Virus record (IMG/VR): IMGVR_UViG_3300009678_000375
Span: 1 to 27,282 of that record
Length of the DNA stretch: 27,282 bases
DNA from: a virus
Taxonomy: Duplodnaviria > Caudoviricetes
Strand: one strand, 5' to 3'
Shown here: in pieces, positions 26,088 through 27,282 of the stretch
Numbering within the stretch: position 1 is the first letter of the stretch
How the letters are laid out: every line of letters starts with the position of its first letter
The notes under the pieces: generated by a model
The model's database searches: none
What the model saw: only the letters and a program-made list of their open reading frames with translations
Told to the model about the DNA's origin: nothing
Made by a program: the position numbers and the translations under genes

Positions 26088-27282
26088 GTGATGTACTCAA
26101 CTGTTGAACTAAGTGTTCTTTGGCCTGTACCGCTCTAAATTCTTCGTTAGCTTCACCAAAGAATCCCTCTGCAGCGTCAACCATGTATCGCAGACCATCA
26201 ATGGGGTCATCACCATCAAATTCCGCAATGTCTTCTGCTGCTTTATTACCTTTAGGCTTGTCATAACTACATGCCTTAATAGCTTCGACTAGAACTGGAC
26301 ACGCATCCTGAAATATTTGAAGTTTAGGAATATTCGTTTCAGGTTCCTGAGGTAGAAATGAATTCATGTACGCATGGTACTCATTCATTCCTCGATTTCG
26401 CATGATCCACATGGCATATTCTTCATTATATAGACCGATTTCATGTGAATTAATTAATTTAGGCTGCCACCGTAGGTATTCATGTATAAGTTGCTTACCA
26501 GCGATCCTAGATCCGGGCGTATTGTTTGATAACTCGACAGAAACTCCAAGTTCTGCCTCAATCTGTTCCTGAATAGTGTGTTCCTGTCCTCTATCCTGAC
26601 CCGCAGACTTGCAGAATCGAACCAAACGGGGATGTTCCTGGTCGAGATGTAACTTAACATGTGGTGCCCACTCTGCAATCTTCGTTTTCACCCATGTTTG
26701 CTCTCTGTAAATATAAATTCTCTTGGATGGAGAGATTGCAGCCCATCCAATCCACGTCATTGCAGCAAAACCCCAGTCACCTATGCAGATACGCGGCCAC
26801 CATGCCGGAATTTCAAATGATGGGATGACATGAAGTGCATTTTCTGGTTCGTCTTCAAACTTACGATCACGAAATTCATCGAATACCTGCCCCTGATAGG
26901 CATCCCAATCACCCAATAGTTTGGCTTTACGTTCTGCTTCAATCGTAATGCCCTGAAGTGACTGCTTATAAGTAGGATCAATGTGTGGATTATCTTCTAG
27001 AGTTGAGTGGATGTAGATTCGCTTGTTTCCACCTTTTCCAAGGATGATCTTTCCACCCTTGGGATAAGGCTTAATGAATCTTTTGTAAGTCCAAGTATGT
27101 CCAATGCCACCCGGCATCCCTGCGGCGCGCGTAATACTCGGTAATCCACTATCCTTGGGGGCACGGTTACGTTGGAATGTAATGTAAGTGTAAATCCATT
27201 CCGTGATAGAAGTAAGTTCGTCAGGGGTATAGAGGCAGATCTGCATCGTGTCATATTGATGCACGTCATCTTCATTCTCACA
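25999..27282 (-). CDS. terL: Terminase large subunit (5'-truncated by the window edge)
   Basis: Frame open to the window end (CENEDDVHQYDTMQICLYTPDELTS). Walker B DE, PGGIGHTW, DNPHI, LLGDWD, and RNase H-like nuclease acidic motifs IGDWGF and DDPIDGLRY. Confidence 0.92.
   Translation of the reverse strand, partial: CENEDDVHQYDTMQICLYTPDELTSITEWIYTYITFQRNRAPKDSGLPSITRAAGMPGGIGHTWTYKRFIKPYPKGGKIILGKGGNKRIYIHSTLEDNPHIDPTYKQSLQGITIEAERKAKLLGDWDAYQGQVFDEFRDRKFEDEPENALHVIPSFEIPAWWPRICIGDWGFAAMTWIGWAAISPSKRIYIYREQTWVKTKIAEWAPHVKLHLDQEHPRLVRFCKSAGQDRGQEHTIQEQIEAELGVSVELSNNTPGSRIAGKQLIHEYLRWQPKLINSHEIGLYNEEYAMWIMRNRGMNEYHAYMNSFLPQEPETNIPKLQIFQDACPVLVEAIKACSYDKPKGNKAAEDIAEFDGDDPIDGLRYMVDAAEGFFGEANEEFRAVQAKEHLVQQLSTSHDWTAYYRNMAKVESQSDDYTKPVSRYRH

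Noticed and set aside
26997-27281. 94-aa ORF suggesting a frameshifted terminase N-terminus
   Set aside because: The terminase frame itself is open to the window edge and carries the expected motifs.
1-27282. tRNA, rRNA, integrase, transposase, intron or intein
   Set aside because: The window is almost fully coding, and I recognised no cloverleaf, recombinase motifs or intein splice motifs by eye; subtle cases cannot be excluded without a search.

Overview
A 27 kb piece of a tailed dsDNA phage (Caudoviricetes, probably podovirus-like; no tape measure, sheath or tube gene seen). The + strand (1-2296) holds the end of a replication module: the C-terminus of a family A DNA polymerase, a DUF3987/AAA+-like P-loop protein and three small ORFs. 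The - strand (27282 to 2271) is one tightly coupled morphogenesis operon. In order it encodes the large terminase (5'-truncated), a lipoprotein, small and membrane ORFs, a HExxH metallopeptidase, a Gly/Ala-rich pilot-like protein, portal, scaffold, major capsid, several structural or hypothetical proteins, adaptor, a nozzle-like protein apparently split into two genes, a collagen-repeat tail fibre and three putative ejection proteins. The most striking element is the 2254-aa last ejection-type protein, which contains all four GHKL (Hsp90/MORC/MutL-type) ATPase motifs followed by a HExxH zincin motif. This suggests a virion-delivered ATPase-metalloprotease effector. Other notable points: a polymerase ending in an SSB-like EDIPF tail, a nested hairpin right after the capsid stop codon, a lipoprotein overlapping the terminase 3' end and a zinc-finger insert in the portal. 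All calls come from motif reading and gene order; no database search was run.
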